DNA from: Podarcis bocagei
Taxonomy: Eukaryota
Assembly: GCA_964188305.1 (NCBI GenBank)
Contig: OZ076896.1
DNA length: 64,000 bases
Strand: one strand, 5' to 3'
The notes beneath the pieces are model-generated. The model saw only the letters and a program-made list of their open reading frames with translations, searched no databases and was not told the DNA's origin. Shown in pieces: positions 49,448 to 62,892 of this stretch; the stretch's first letter is position 1, and each line of letters opens with the position of its first letter. A program made the position numbers and the translations under genes.

Positions 49448-49588
49448 AGTTTTACAGATGGGCGAATTGACGCAGAGAGCAGCTTACCCAGGGCCACCCA
49501 ACAAGTCTGGACCTGAGCTAGAGGATTTGAACCGAGATTTCCCAGGTCCAAGTCTAGCAAACGATTCATTGGACCACACTGCCTCTCA
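49448..49588 (-). mobile_element. MIR/CORE SINE
   Basis: ttttacagatg core, ttacccagggccaccca, ggatttgaacc (B box) and ccacactgcctct head. Confidence 0.75.
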
Positions 49589-51489
49589 GATCCAGATGCG
49601 GTATGAGTCATGACCCTTTAAACAGGCTGAAAGCTCTTTCCTGTAGATAGGATAAATTAATCATGTCTATTTACTAGCACTGAAAATGAGTCAAATTCTT
49701 TGAGTCAGCATTCAAAATCCAGTCTCACTCCATTCTAAGGCTCGTATTTTATTAATAAAGAGGTATAGCTAGGGCTATGATCACAAAAATCTTCACTGCT
49801 TTCACTCACCTTCAAGACTATTTTAGCCTATTGCTAGGTATTCTGCCTCCAGTATTACGGCTTTCCTTTTATACTGAAATAAATAATTTGATATCACTTG
49901 ATATGTTTGAACTATTTCTGAGCCATATGTGCATGATGATGAAATGAAATTCCAAGCTACTGCTATACTATTATAAATTCTGTCATAACACAGTCACCAA
50001 TGACACTAACTTAAATGTGGAGTAAAGAGTAAAACAAAACAGATGTACATGGAAAGTAGCTGCTTGCTCAAATAAAGCTTTTTGCAGCAATCCATAGCAA
50101 TCTTCATTGGGAAGTGGCACCTCTAATACAAATAGTAAAAGTAAATCCCAACTAATCTTAGGAAATTGTTTCTTGTTGATTTGTTCCTGCTTCTTCATAG
50201 ACAATTTATTATTTGCAGAATGCTGCAAATTATAATAGAATATCATTTTCAGAACTGATTTGCTACAGATTCTGAAGGATCGGTTTTCAATACTAGTGTC
50301 AGGCCTCTCAAGAATCTCTGATATACACACTGCTTCTGTTCCCCAGAGATCATTTGGAAATGCTTTCATAAGACAGCAGAGATATTAACATAACCATCTT
50401 CCAAGACAGCACCCTAAGGCAATAATCTTATGCACCATTAGGCTGCTTGAATCCCAGTGACTTCAATGGGCTTTAAGTAGTCTGACTGCAAATGGGATTT
50501 CAGCCAACCAACGTACTTAACTGCTTCTATTATAAGCATACTGAAATCTCTTCATGAAGTGCATTGCTTTGTTTGAACTGCAGGTTATTAAGAACTTTGA
50601 ACCAAATACGTGCTATTAAATAAATAATATTACAACTTTTTGTTTATTTTCCCTGTTATTTTGGAGGACACTACGGTTTCCTCATTGCTTTCTTTGTGCC
50701 ATTAAAAAGGACAATTACGGTACTAGCGCCAGGCCTATGTACAGTACAGTACACTATAGTAGCATGACAGGAAAGTAAATTACATGGGAAAGAAAGCCAC
50801 AAGGGAAAGAATACCACAACATGCAGGAACTACAAATATAATTAGGGGGGAAGGGAGCATGATAAAAAAATCCCCATGAAAAATATTAAAATACCTCAAA
50901 ACACCTGAGATCCATTATCTGGCTACTAGTCATGCTGGTTAGGTTCTACCTCCACTGTCAGAGGAGGCACCTATGAATACCAGTTGCTGGAAACCACAGG
51001 AAGGAAGAGCCTTGCTTGTGGGCATCTTGCTTTTGGGCCACTTTGAGACCAGGGTGCTGGCCCAATCTATTTTTACAATTTAACCCCTGTGTTACAAACA
51101 ATAGTCAGTAATATCCAAGGCTGTTTTCAGCAGATAAGAATCCGATATATTGCTTCTTTCAGAGACTTGCATAGTCTTCAAAGACTTTCAGAGACTTATA
51201 AGACTTATGTTTATTTGGTTTTATGTTTTCAAGAGAATCCATTAAGAGTACATATTTTGTGATCTTCAGAGATTCATAAGTTTTCTGTTTATGTGATTTC
51301 ATATATTTCATATTATATAAAGAGTGTATATTGATATTGTATCATTATATTTGGTCATCGTGTTGCCTTGGATATTACCCATCTATTTTTATGCAGATAT
51401 CTATTTTTACGTAGATATTACTACTTTAACGCAAACAAATTAATACTATTTTTTATGGCTTGACCTAGTAATTGGATTTCAGTCTAAAT

Positions 51490-51543
51490 CAGTGGTTTCC
51501 AATCTTTTTTTGGCCTGCCTCAGCTAAGTATCTCTAAAATCCT

Positions 51544-51581
<38 letters not shown>

Positions 51582-51711
51582 GTTACATATAATTCTTATT
51601 ATTCAAAAAGTGAACTATTCATGTGGAGGAAGCCTAAAGGCCATTAACTGTTAAAAACTCATTTTCAAATTGCCCCCCTTAAAAATCAACCTCCCACATT
51701 GGGAACGACAG
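51490..51711. mobile_element. hAT MITE containing a (CA)n tract
   Basis: Termini cagtggtttccaa / ttgggaacgacag with a perfect 8-bp TSD gtctaaat (51482-51489, 51712-51719). Confidence 0.82.
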
Positions 51712-51888
51712 GTCTAAATTATCCTTAAAAGTCTATGTTATCCTTAAAGCTGCGTGTTAGCCCTATTGAAAATGCTGGAATTTACTTTGGTGCAAACATG
51801 CATGGATTTGTAGCACAGTCTAAATCTAAATTCAATATGCTACAAACGGTACCTTTGGCAATTGATATAAATACTAAACCATTCTTAC

Positions 51889-52033
51889 CTTTTCTTTGCT
51901 GCCGTTTGGGACTCGTATAACGCCACTTTTGGTTCTGCCCTTGGAACATTTCGGGCCCGCTGCCTTCTCTTTCTACTTGGTGCAACATCAATAATATCTG
52001 GGCTACCAAGTAATGAGTCTCTTCTGGGTTTAG
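51889..52033 (-). CDS. XRCC4: XRCC4 penultimate coding exon (equivalent to human exon 7)
   Basis: Acceptor cttctctctttggtag and donor AG|gtaag. The 145-bp exon encodes (A)KPRRDSLLGSPDIIDVAPSRKRRQRARNVPRAEPKVALYESQTAAKK(R), matching human DVTDIAPSRKRRQR...EPK. Phase 1 in, phase 2 out. Confidence 0.96.
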
Positions 52034-54063
52034 CTACCAAAGAGAGAAGAGGTAGAAAATGACAAAATAGATTATCATTTATGGGAATGTGAAATGACTG
52101 TTTTGCAAGTTGCACTGCTCAGCACATAATTTTTCAGGCAAAACATAAATACACTCCATACACCCCAAACATAGTAGGTGCTAGGAAGTACTCTTCATGA
52201 CTAATAAGAGCATCTAGGTGTTTCCTACCTATTAATAAATATCCACATTCTGCTATATCTCCCAAATTCAGATAATGGAATCCAAGTGAATCTGGTTTTA
52301 CAACGAGTCTAGCCATAACATTTGTATTTGGTAGTTGGATAATTTGGAAATATTTTAGATTTTGAAATCATAAAACAATGCATTAATCAGTTAATGATTG
52401 CTCTATTCACTTGCTTAAACTTCTTGGTTGGATCTACTGTTTCTTACAGCAATTTATTTCAGAATGCACAGGCCAAAACTTGAAGAGATCAAAGTTTGCA
52501 AGAGAAGAAGACAGGAAATTCATTCTCCAGATTTGGCGGTCTTGTTTTGCAAAGCAGCTGCATAGCGCATAATGTCATTTTTATTCCTCCCTAGGTGAAA
52601 ATCTTAGAGCAGGTTTGCTTTTTTCTCCATTACTGTTTCATGAATTGGACCACTGGATGGGCCCAGTATTTACACAGTACTAATAACACAAAACTTTTAA
52701 AGGCAGATTGTGTAGTTGCATTCCTATACAGGCCATACAGTAAAAATAAATAAATACAAGGGTATTGCCTCAGATTTTGTTGCTGCTGCTGTGTTTTTCT
52801 TATAAAATTCAGGTTGAATGTGTTGGGATTCCTATACATTACACACAAAATGAATAGCTGGTTTGGACACCCAAAGAGATTACAAAAAAAAAAAATACTC
52901 TAATATCCATTTTTGCTGGTGCAGGGCATTAAGAATACGACTTTATCAAAACGTCTAGAAGCTTGACTATCAAATACTTTACAAATCTGTGATTATATAG
53001 ATATGGCTATATTCCTAAACCCATCAACAGTGGCTTAGATACAATAAGCCCTTTCTTATTTGGGCTAGGAGTAGGGCTTCTCTCATTTTCTTGAATGCCC
53101 ACCACAATTATAGGTCTTTCGTGTTTCGGACATGATTCTAGATTTACAGAAGTGGGTGAGTGGAAACAGGGTGGGGTGGGGGAGACTCCTGTCGTGTGTG
53201 TATGTGCAGAATGCTATCCATGGTTCTTTGGATCAAAGCCTATATTTCCTATTCCAAAAAGGTTTGCTTTACTTAGATAGACTCCACTATAATGTTACAT
53301 AGAACTTGTTAGGCAGCCAAGCTACAATTCCACTCACAATATCTTCCCAAAGATCTTAATTAATTCAGAGAAGTGCTTGCTATTAAGAAAGATTTCCTAA
53401 CCGAAAAGATGCATTACTTTTTATAGCTAATAATAAACTTTATTTAATACCTCCTCAAATGAACAATGGGACTTCAAGGGGGGGGGGATGAAGTCAAGGT
53501 TATATGCGGTTAAAACCAGAACAAATGCTTCAAGTTGAGAATTCACTGCCTCTCAAAAGTGAATGCACGATTCCACTAAATGTTTTCCTGTTGGAAAACC
53601 GCCATTAGAAAATCTGCAATGACTTTGCTTTTAGATATATTGTCAGGTCTGCAGTGAAGAGGAGGGAGAGTTTTCATGTATGGAGAGAGATCCAAGAATC
53701 CACTTGGATAATACGATAATTTACCATGGAGTGTTTATTTGTGTCATGATTACCTGAGATAACTGGCTCTAGTACAACAACTGGATGGTTTATGTTGCAG
53801 CAGCCAGTAAGATGCTCATGCCACTGCAATTTAGAGTATATCTCCCGAACCACTTCAGCAGCACTAAATTTTGATTGGAGGGAAGCGGTTGGGTGGGGAG
53901 GGAGGAGGCCAACAATGGCAGATAATGAAGCATGGCCAGTGGCCATGAAGAAAGCCGGTGAAAGACCATTTGAACTGCACTAAAGCTTGAACATAACAAC
54001 AACAAGTTTTGGGCTTTTCAAAACACTTCATATACAGTATTTCAGCAACTTTGACAAGGTAGA

Positions 54064-54065
<2 letters not shown>

Positions 54066-54099
<34 letters not shown>

Positions 54100-54234
54100 C
54101 TATCCCTATAGCGCAGGTGGAGAGTCTAAAAGACAGTGGTTTGCCTAAGACCACCTAATGAGTTCAAGGCAGATGAGACAGATACAACTTTTTGCATGGA
54201 CGTGAGCACAAACACAGAGCCAGAAAGGAGAACG

Positions 54235-54293
<59 letters not shown>
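54066..54293. repeat. (ATT)n at 54066-54098 and (CA)n(GA)n at 54236-54293
   Basis: Directly visible; the (ATT)n lies inside an old MIR-like remnant. Confidence 0.93.
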
Positions 54294-54298
<5 letters not shown>

Positions 54299-54494
54299 AG
54301 AAAGTGCTGCAGAATTCTAGTCTGGGTGTATTCTTAGGCACAGTTCTGTGCTTGGAAAGTAAATGGTGACATTCTACTTGCTGAATAATCACATGCAAAG
54401 TTGCATGCACCCAGCAGGGTGGCCATCTGTCTTACTTTGCAGGGGAAAGTCCTCTATTTGACAGGCTGTCCAGTCCAAGTTTTGGAGCAAAGGG

Positions 54495-55400
54495 TCATCA
54501 GTATGCTGATGCAATGCAGCTCTGCTTCTCCATAACATGTGACTCAGGAGAGACTGTGAATGATCTAGAGTCTAGACTGTTTTCTGGAAGCAGTACTGGA
54601 GTGGATGAGGGCCAATATGATGAGTCCGAGCCCTGGAAAGACAGAGGCACCATGGGTGAGGAGTGGTTCCCATATCTAGGAGATAGGCCAGTTGCCTGTT
54701 TTGGATGGGGTGGCAGTCCCTTGAAAGAACAGGCATGGAGTTTAGGGGTGTTACTGGATCCATCTTTGTCGCTGCAGGCTCAGATAGCCTCAGTTGCCTG
54801 GAGGGCCTTTCACCAGCTATGGCCATTCTTGGACATGGTTAGTCCAGTTGCAGTGATTTATGCAACTGTGACTTCAAGTCTTGATTACTGCAAGTAGCTC
54901 TATGTGGGGCTACCCTTGGACCTGGTCCAGGGGCACAAGCTGCTGGAAAATGCTGCAGCAAGACTGTTGATGGGGATAGACTATTGCCAGCACCTAACTC
55001 CAATGTTCAAAAGCTTGCACCTGCTGCCCATAAGCTACTGAGTCAGGTTCAATGTTCTTGTATTAATTCTCCCTTAACAATTTGGGTTCAGCATACCTCA
55101 GAGACCACCCTTGTATCCCTGCTCAATCACTGAGATCTTGGTGAAAGTCACTGTTAGCTACACTTTCATAGCTCAGATCCACAAGGAGCTTGTGCTTCGT
55201 ATTGTGGGCTGAAGTTTGTGGAACTCCCTTGCAGTTGAGGTTAGATAGGCTCCCTGTTGAACTTCTGGCACTGAATGCACTTAAAAAATAATCCACCAGG
55301 CTTTTAAACTGAATTCAGATTTTATAGCTTCAACTCATTTTTGCAGTATTGCTTCTTCTATCTGTAGCTTAGAGATAGTTGTGATTAAGTGGTATACAAA
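54495..55400 (+). mobile_element. L2-clade LINE 3' portion (RT C-terminus to tail)
   Basis: HQYADAMQLCFS...SLGVLLDPSLSLQAQIASVA.RAFHQL...SSLDYCK*LYVGLPL, ending aaataaataaaa. Confidence 0.85.
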
Positions 55401-55794
55401 TGGTTGAAATAAATAAAAGGGGGGAAATATAAGAAGGGAGAGAAATTGCCTATAAATAGCACTTGGACAGAAGATGGAGGACCGTAGACAGGTTAAAGTC
55501 TTTCCCATTTTGGTAAGATGTATTTCTAGTTAAATTGGGGTAGATTTGCATTTATACTTATAATAAGCATATGCAGATTTCAGACAGATCCATTTCCTCT
55601 TTCCTGCTGGTGCCTAAGTGCCCACCTGTACATCCTTTCATCTGCTATGCAGATTTAAGGCTGGATGCATGACCAGAAAACCCCCAAAACTGGGAGGGAG
55701 ATTTTCCTCAACCTACCTCACAGGGAAAGGCCCAACAAATTTCACCTCCATGTATACAGTGATATAAAAGTATTATTAGGATAGGATCTACACA

Positions 55795-55827
<33 letters not shown>

Positions 55828-56594
55828 AAGGTAGCTTCCTCCAAAAGGAGACTTACTCGCCTCCCTTCCATTGGAGAAGAGAACTCTTGGATCCAGCAAA
55901 CTGATGCTTAGTTATAGTGATTTTTTATTCATTAAAACAGGTGTGAGGGACCTATGGATGTCCAGATGTTGCTAGATTACAACCCATCATCTCTGACCAC
56001 TAGGCATGCTAGACAGATTCCCCAGCCCTAGTTCAGTGCTTTATGGGGAAAACATGCTTTTAAAACCAATAATATTAACAACAGTGACATAAGCTGTCAT
56101 ATTGTCAAAATGAAACATTTAAGATATAAAATGAACCCCTCTCCGTTCATCAAGAAAAAAAAACATGATGGGAACTTTCAAAAACTTTTTGGCTACACAA
56201 AAAATGAGGCTGTTTCACAGTACAATGAAAGCTTTATAATAGTGCTTTAAAATCTCTGTGACATACACTGGAGGTAAAAGATCCATTACAAAGCTGCTGA
56301 AAGCTGAGGAATTATAATTTTGTTATCTGAAACTTCTAGCCCACAAGTTGATTCTCTCCTCCCCCCCACCGTTATTTTATTTAAAATGGTTAGCATAACT
56401 AGCAGTGACTACAATGACAGTAGAAACATTTTCTTGATGCCATGTTTTGACAAACCAAAAGTTGTTGAATGATAAGATGTTCATTAATATAGTGCCCAAA
56501 ATTAAACATTCCCACCCACCATAAATTTCTAACTTATAAAGTTCATGTTTTCAATGTAGCTTTGCCAACTTTATGTTGCAATCTGTCCAGTGAC

Positions 56595-57390
56595 TAGATT
56601 TTTTATTATAATTAGAATTATTTATAACCCAATTTTTTCCGTGACAGAACTCAAGGCAGCTTACAGATAAGAGTAAAAATGCCAAAAACATGGAAAATGC
56701 AATCATTAAAAACAATTAAAAGTTGATAGAATTAAAACTATATACATATGTGAAATCTATTAAAACAAAACCAATAACTACAATAAAAATAGCACAGAAA
56801 CAGCCCTTTCATTAAAAGCATCAGTTCCCAAAAGCCTGTTGGGACAAGAAAGTCTGTCAGTGGAAGAACAACAAGGAAGGAACCAGTCTAGCTTCTCTAG
56901 GGTGTTCCAAAATTTCAGAGCAGCCACTGAGAAGGCCCTCTTCCACATCCATATGAGGGTGGAGGGACCAGGATATGGCCGCCTCCAAAGATCTCAAAGC
57001 CTGGGCAGGTTCCTATGAGAGAATACCCTCATCCAGTCCATTACTGATACCAGTGTAGAATCAAAATGGCTTCCTTTGATTTCGGTGGAAAGGAGAAATA
57101 GAGCTGGTGCCATGGAACCCCGAAAATATGGACAATCTTTCCCAGTGGTTTCAGGTAAATGTTAAATAGCATGGCAGAACCCTGAGGGACCCATAGACCA
57201 ATGACCAAGGTGTCAAGCAAGAGTCCCCCTACACCACCTTCAGGGTTTGCCCCTCCAGGAAGAAACAAAGCCACTGTAAAACACTGTCTCCAGTTCTACC
57301 CCAGCAAGGCGGCTCAGAAGGATACTATGGTCGATGGTATCGAAAGTCACCAAGATGAAGAACCAACAGTGACACGCTCCTCCTGTCCAA
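56595..57390 (-). mobile_element. L2-clade LINE fragment with internal deletions
   Basis: FDTIDHSIL..., VPQGSAMLFNIYLKPLG RT motifs, followed by an AT-rich 3' UTR. Confidence 0.8.
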
Positions 57391-58400
57391 TTCCAATTCC
57401 ATCAATTTAAACTCAATGTCAAATGCAGTTTAAAGTAATGTACAATCACAGAAATAAGGTGGGTTCTAAAATATACAACTCTCTCTCTTCCCCTTTATCA
57501 TTTGCATCTAATTATTTACTTGCGTTTCTTTTTTATTTGTATGACTATAAAGGCCTGTGGGAGTATACTTTCTGAAGAAGTTATTTTTGGATTAATATAG
57601 GAATAGGAATTTTAGCTATTAACAAAATTTTGAAACTTTAAAACAACATAACTTAGTTTTAGTTTTACCAGTTTCTGACAAGATTAAGAATGTGAGAGAT
57701 TCTGAGAGATTCCTTATTTTATTTAACAGTCTGCTTATTTACCAAGGTTAAAATATGCTTCCTCTATGCAGAGTCCCACTTAATTTGCTAGCTTACAAAC
57801 ATTAATTTCTACGTACTCTTTAATCTCTTGCCTGTGCCCCTCAAGGAAAGTCCCACTGGTTTCCAAAGCACAGGTCATTCTATGCTTTCCCAGTCATCAT
57901 ATTTGAAATAATAAATCTTTTTCAGGCCTGAGAGAAAGCCCAACTGAGCTGTCTGACTAGAGGGTCAAATGTCAGCCGTTAGGAGGTCATGCCCTGATGC
58001 AACTCAGGATTCTCATTCAAGAAGCTGATCACTGCTTTGCTGCTAGCTTACACTGCTGCCTATTAAGGCTCATTTCTGGGCTCTTATTTCAATCTCACCT
58101 AGAAAGAAAATAAGTGTGTCCCAGTGATTTACTCTTTCATTGACTTTTTACTACCAGGACACCTGTTATTTTCTCCAAACTTGCTTTTACTCATAATAAC
58201 AGAGCTATGTTGATCTTGCTGCCCAAGGATACCAAAAGACAATTTAACAAACACCACTCTAAAAGGAACCATGTTCCAATACTCTTAAATAAAATAAATC
58301 ACCAACTTAACACCAAAGCAATTAGACTGCATCTTCTCTCAGAACTGAATATTAAAGCTTATTTGAAAGATCACATTAAAGGCCTATTGCCATTTCTGAA

Positions 58401-58559
58401 AGGTAGAGCATCTGCTTTGCATGTAGAAGATCTCAAGTTCAGTCCCCAGCATCTCAAGGTAGGATTGGGAATGTCTCTTGCCTGAAGAGCTGCTGCCATT
58501 CAGTACCAAGCTAGCTGGACCAACCAACTGACATGGTATAAAGGAGCTTCCCATGTTCC
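58401..58559 (+). mobile_element. Squam3-like SINE
   Basis: ggtagagcatctgctttgcatgtagaag...gagctgctgcca...gcttcccatgttcc. Confidence 0.75.
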
Positions 58560-58724
58560 AGATTTCTGTCTACTGGTTTTTGCCTTTCTCTGTGTTTATA
58601 TATACACACACATGCACAGACTTGTGGAATATACTTTACACATCTATACCATCAACACTTATTCCATAATAAATTGGCCAAAGGTACCCCCAATATTGTT
58701 CCTGCTCCTCATCAATATCTAGTG

Positions 58725-59140
58725 GTACTTTTAAAAACAAATTTTCATTGGTTTTTAAACAAATACAATAACCATTAAACACACATCCAGCAGTACATCT
58801 AATGGTGTTTTATCCTTTGTTTCTAGACATACACTTACACATTCAACATTCAAGTATATTATTTAACATATTCTCTCCAATGAGAATATTGAGCGGTTGG
58901 TATAACAAGGTCTTGATTTTGGCCGTTAACATAGTTAAAGGGGCCTATGTGTCTTGGAAGGTATATTATTTGTTATGTCTTTAATTGCCTCCCTGTGTCT
59001 GGTGCGATGTTCAGACATTGCTGTATCCAAGATATTATTCTCCCATATATTCAGGGGTATTTCAATGTGGTTCTTTCATCACTGAGCTATCACTAATCGT
59101 GCTGCAGTCAGTAAGATGCCTCCTAGTTCTCTATGGAGCA
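58725..59140 (-). mobile_element. L1/Tx1-clade LINE 3' fragment
   Basis: Minus strand reads ILLTAARLVIAQ**KNHIEIPLNIWENNILDTAMSE, the typical non-mammalian L1 ORF2 C-terminus (AAR..IA..WK...P...W). Confidence 0.7.
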
Positions 59141-60920
59141 GGGTGGAACCTACGTCTATGTCCAAAGATAGTAGGGCTAAGGCAGGATTTAGAGAAAGGG
59201 GTTGGCCTGCATTTGCAGATATGATGGAGAATACTCTATTCTAAAAAAAATTAACATGGAGGCATTCCCACCAAACCTGAATAAATGAACCAACCTTTCC
59301 AAAGCCCTTCCATCATAAAGGAGAAGGGAGGGGTTAATTTTTGCCAACTTGACTGTTGTCTACTGCCATTGGAGGATAACCTTGCAAAAAGCTTCCTGTT
59401 GCAGTTTTCTTCCCTGTTCCTGCCTATCATCATTGGCTGCTGCTGGTGATGGAGGGAAATGCAGTCTATCATAACAGCAGGAGGCAAGTTCTGTTAGATA
59501 TTGTGAAGGAGGTAACTAGATCCACAACTATTACTTGCAATGGCAGCTGAATGTTTAGTGTAGTGTCTAATTTGGACCCTAGAGCCATGCAATACTGGTG
59601 ATTCTCTTTTCATTCCTAGAATGCCACTACTTATTCTTAAGACAGGGCTACCCAATATGGTACCCTCCTGGTGTTGCTAGACTACAACTCCCATAATTCC
59701 TACTATTTGGCCATGAGGCTGATGGGACCTGTGAACCAACAAGCTCTGGTGGGCACTATGTTAGCTACCGTTGATTTAAGGGTAGAATTATTTAAGGGCA
59801 CAGAATTATCAGCTAAAATCAGAATACTCTAACAGCTAACTTCATTTCAACCCAGCAGTGGTGCTTTTATTCTTCTGCACAATAGATTGTTCCAGATGAC
59901 GTCGTCCAACAAATAAGCAGTGTGCTAGTGCAGAGGGAAGCTTGCTTTGTTAAGTACAATGGCTTACACATAGTAAATTTAGATTTTAAAATGAAGAAAT
60001 CAACCAACCAAGTCTTTCCAACTCCTGAAAATGCAGTAAAGCTACCTGTGAATAAGCACCGGATATTAGCCAAGTAATGAATAGAGTGCTTTTAGTAGTA
60101 ATTTGTACCAAACAGCAACACTTAAATGTTATGAGAAAGAATGACAAAAAGTAGGATAAACTACTCTTTGCGGATCAGAGATCCGAGGAGCATTTTGCTG
60201 AAAGACAGCTGTAACAGCCCAGTCTGAGTAGCAACGTAAGTAAACAAAATAAAACTGCTTCCCAGAGTGGCTATGCTTTGCCAAAGAAAGCAGTCAGGTA
60301 AGAGCTATAAACAGCTGAGAGACCTGTAAACATTGCACTCTAATTTGTTCTGAACACAGGAGAAAGTAAAATGATTTACAAAGATCCTTCCAATTCATGC
60401 TATGCACACATTGTGTCTGTTTCAAATCTACTTAAGACCAAACGTCAGAGGACTGACATTGCCTCCACATTATTTATAGGTTTAAAAATTAATTCAAGAG
60501 CAATTTCCTATGTAAAGTGCTAGGAAGTCTTTATTTCTTTTCTTGAAAAGGCTACTATGTTCTTGCTAATTTTATTCACCATAAGCATTTGGTTTATCGC
60601 GAGAGATATTGTAGTGTCAGTATACGGACATTTAGGAAGGTGGTAATAAAGATCTTTTTCTCTGCTACAAATAATGAAGTTCTTTAGGATTTACTGTTAT
60701 AAAAGTTTCCTTTCTTCACTTCAGTCTTGTGCAAAAGAAATCATATACTCTCTGAAGGACTGCTCAAGTAAGACATATTCTTCCAAATTCTATCTTTATT
60801 TTTGTTTAATGTGTAATTGTTCAGTAGTTGTAACAGTAACAAACAAGCAACCATAACATAATAAACTAGAATGGTTTAAATTTCAAGAAAGGTACCTTTA
60901 TTAGTTTGCGGTAGTGAAAA

Positions 60921-60995
60921 AAGAGTCTTATGGTAAAGACTAACAAATTTGTTAAGGGATAAGCTTTCATGGACCACAGTCTACTTCATCAGATG
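60921..60995 (-). mobile_element. Degenerate Penelope-like hammerhead-containing fragment
   Basis: Minus strand cat-CTGATGA-a-gtagactgtggtccat-GAAA-gcttat...tttgttagtcttt, same layout as 16781-16855. Confidence 0.7.
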
Positions 60996-62892
60996 ATATA
61001 TACGCTGCACACAGACACACTCTTAGGGAAATAGTGTCTCTATAATATCAGCCACTGCCACCTCCTCCCAAATTTCCTTGACTATGGGATTTCTTACAAG
61101 TAGGGAAATCTCTGGTCTCTTCAGCATGTGGCCCTCAGAACATTGCTCAGAAGGGCCCTTGGGCTTAATGTGGCCCTTGGGCTTAAAATGTTTCTCCACC
61201 CCTGCTGTAATCTAAGAACACAACTTCTGCTGGATCATTTCCATTTTACTGGAGAAATTCCCATTGGTTTCAACACATTTGGCTTCTGCAAAATATATTA
61301 ATGACCTGGTAGTTAAGGGGTTCAAACCATTTGGAATACAGAATTAGACTCCCCCCCCTCTTTTTTGGTAAATTACAATCACTAAACATCCTCTACCTAT
61401 TGCTATTTAAATCAAATGGCTGGAACCCTAATGTGAAATAACAGCACCCCAAATGCTATTTTAATTGATGAAATTATTTCTAATGTAGAAATAAAGAAAC
61501 CCTTCACTTCAAGTACTGCATACTTTTGTTTCAATATTTCCCACTGTTACAAAGCTGAATACAGAGCTCATTGTGTGTGCTATTCTACTATGCCAATCCA
61601 CCCCCTAAACCCAATTTATACAATAAGCCCCAAAGGCTGCTACTAATAGCAGCCTATGTTGACAGGTTCAATTTTTTGAGAGGAGGAGGAGGGAATTGAT
61701 ATGGTTCCACAAGAGTGAGCTGTCTTTCAAATGTCTATTATATTGCAATATCCATCTGCAGAAAGGTTTTGGAATTAACAGCTTTGGTCTCCTACATTTC
61801 TGTCCATCATGTGAAGCTATAGATAATGAACAGGCTATTCCACATTTGCCACAAGAAACAAATGTGCAGAGCAAAGATAGAGCAATATGGAAACCTGAAC
61901 TTAATTTATTTTAAGAACAGCAACGTTCAGAATACTCTTAATTTATTTTAAGAACAGCAATATCCCAAACGTCCTGCTACTTTAGAACCTGGTTATATTT
62001 TAACTTAATAAAGGAGGGATAAAAATATTATTCATATTGCTTCCAGCCTGCCTGGTCTTACAAAGCCCTTGCACTAAGTTTTACAAATCTATAACACCAT
62101 ATTGAAAGTGTGTCTGTCATGCTATGCAGATGCAGGGGAAAGTGTCCTGGGGAGAGCTTTTCATCATGAAGATGAAAGAGAGCTCCCAGGCCTTTTGGAA
62201 TGAGATTTACTGGAACGCAGCAAAAAAACAGATGCTTCCTTTTTAATGGCAATTATTACAATACTCTGGCACAGCATTAAATCCATTTCTGATCATTTTC
62301 ATCTCTTAGAAATTAATCAATGCCGCCTCCCCCCCCCCCCTTTATATAAAATTGTATTTTTTCAGTACCTTCCAGATTGGTGTGTATTCAGTGTCCGCTA
62401 ACAGGAAGGGAGAAGTTTTTGTTTTTTAACTTAAGAAGAATTTCAGAAGTCAATCATTAGAAGCATCGTGACAAGTATTGTAGCATTCACATCATAAGAG
62501 CACTTTGATAAAATAGCATATGCGGATCAGACCTCAACATGAGGGTAATCCCAGTAGCATGTACAAATCTTAGTCAAATAAGGACTGGAGACAGGACCGG
62601 CTCAATACATTTTGCTGCTTGAAGCAAAACAGAAGGTGCTGCATCCTGCCACTGCCCCTTCCGCCACTGCTCCCTCCTCCTCTTTTGCCACTGCCTGAAG
62701 TGACTGGAGGCAGCCCAGGAAAGGCCCAACATACTGAAGGCAGCAAGGGAGACAAAAGGATGCTGGAGAGGAGCAGGTGGTGGCAGCAGCAAAGTAGTCT
62801 GCCTGACAGCTTGGCCTTCATCATAAAATATTCCTGTAAAATAAAAGGCATGCCTGTGATATCTCTGGTACAAACAATTTGATCTACCTCAC

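Noticed and set aside
9964-51888. Recursive splice sites in the 42-kb intron
   Set aside because: The AG|GTAA junctions I saw (near 16285, 23878, 39418) lack good polypyrimidine tracts.
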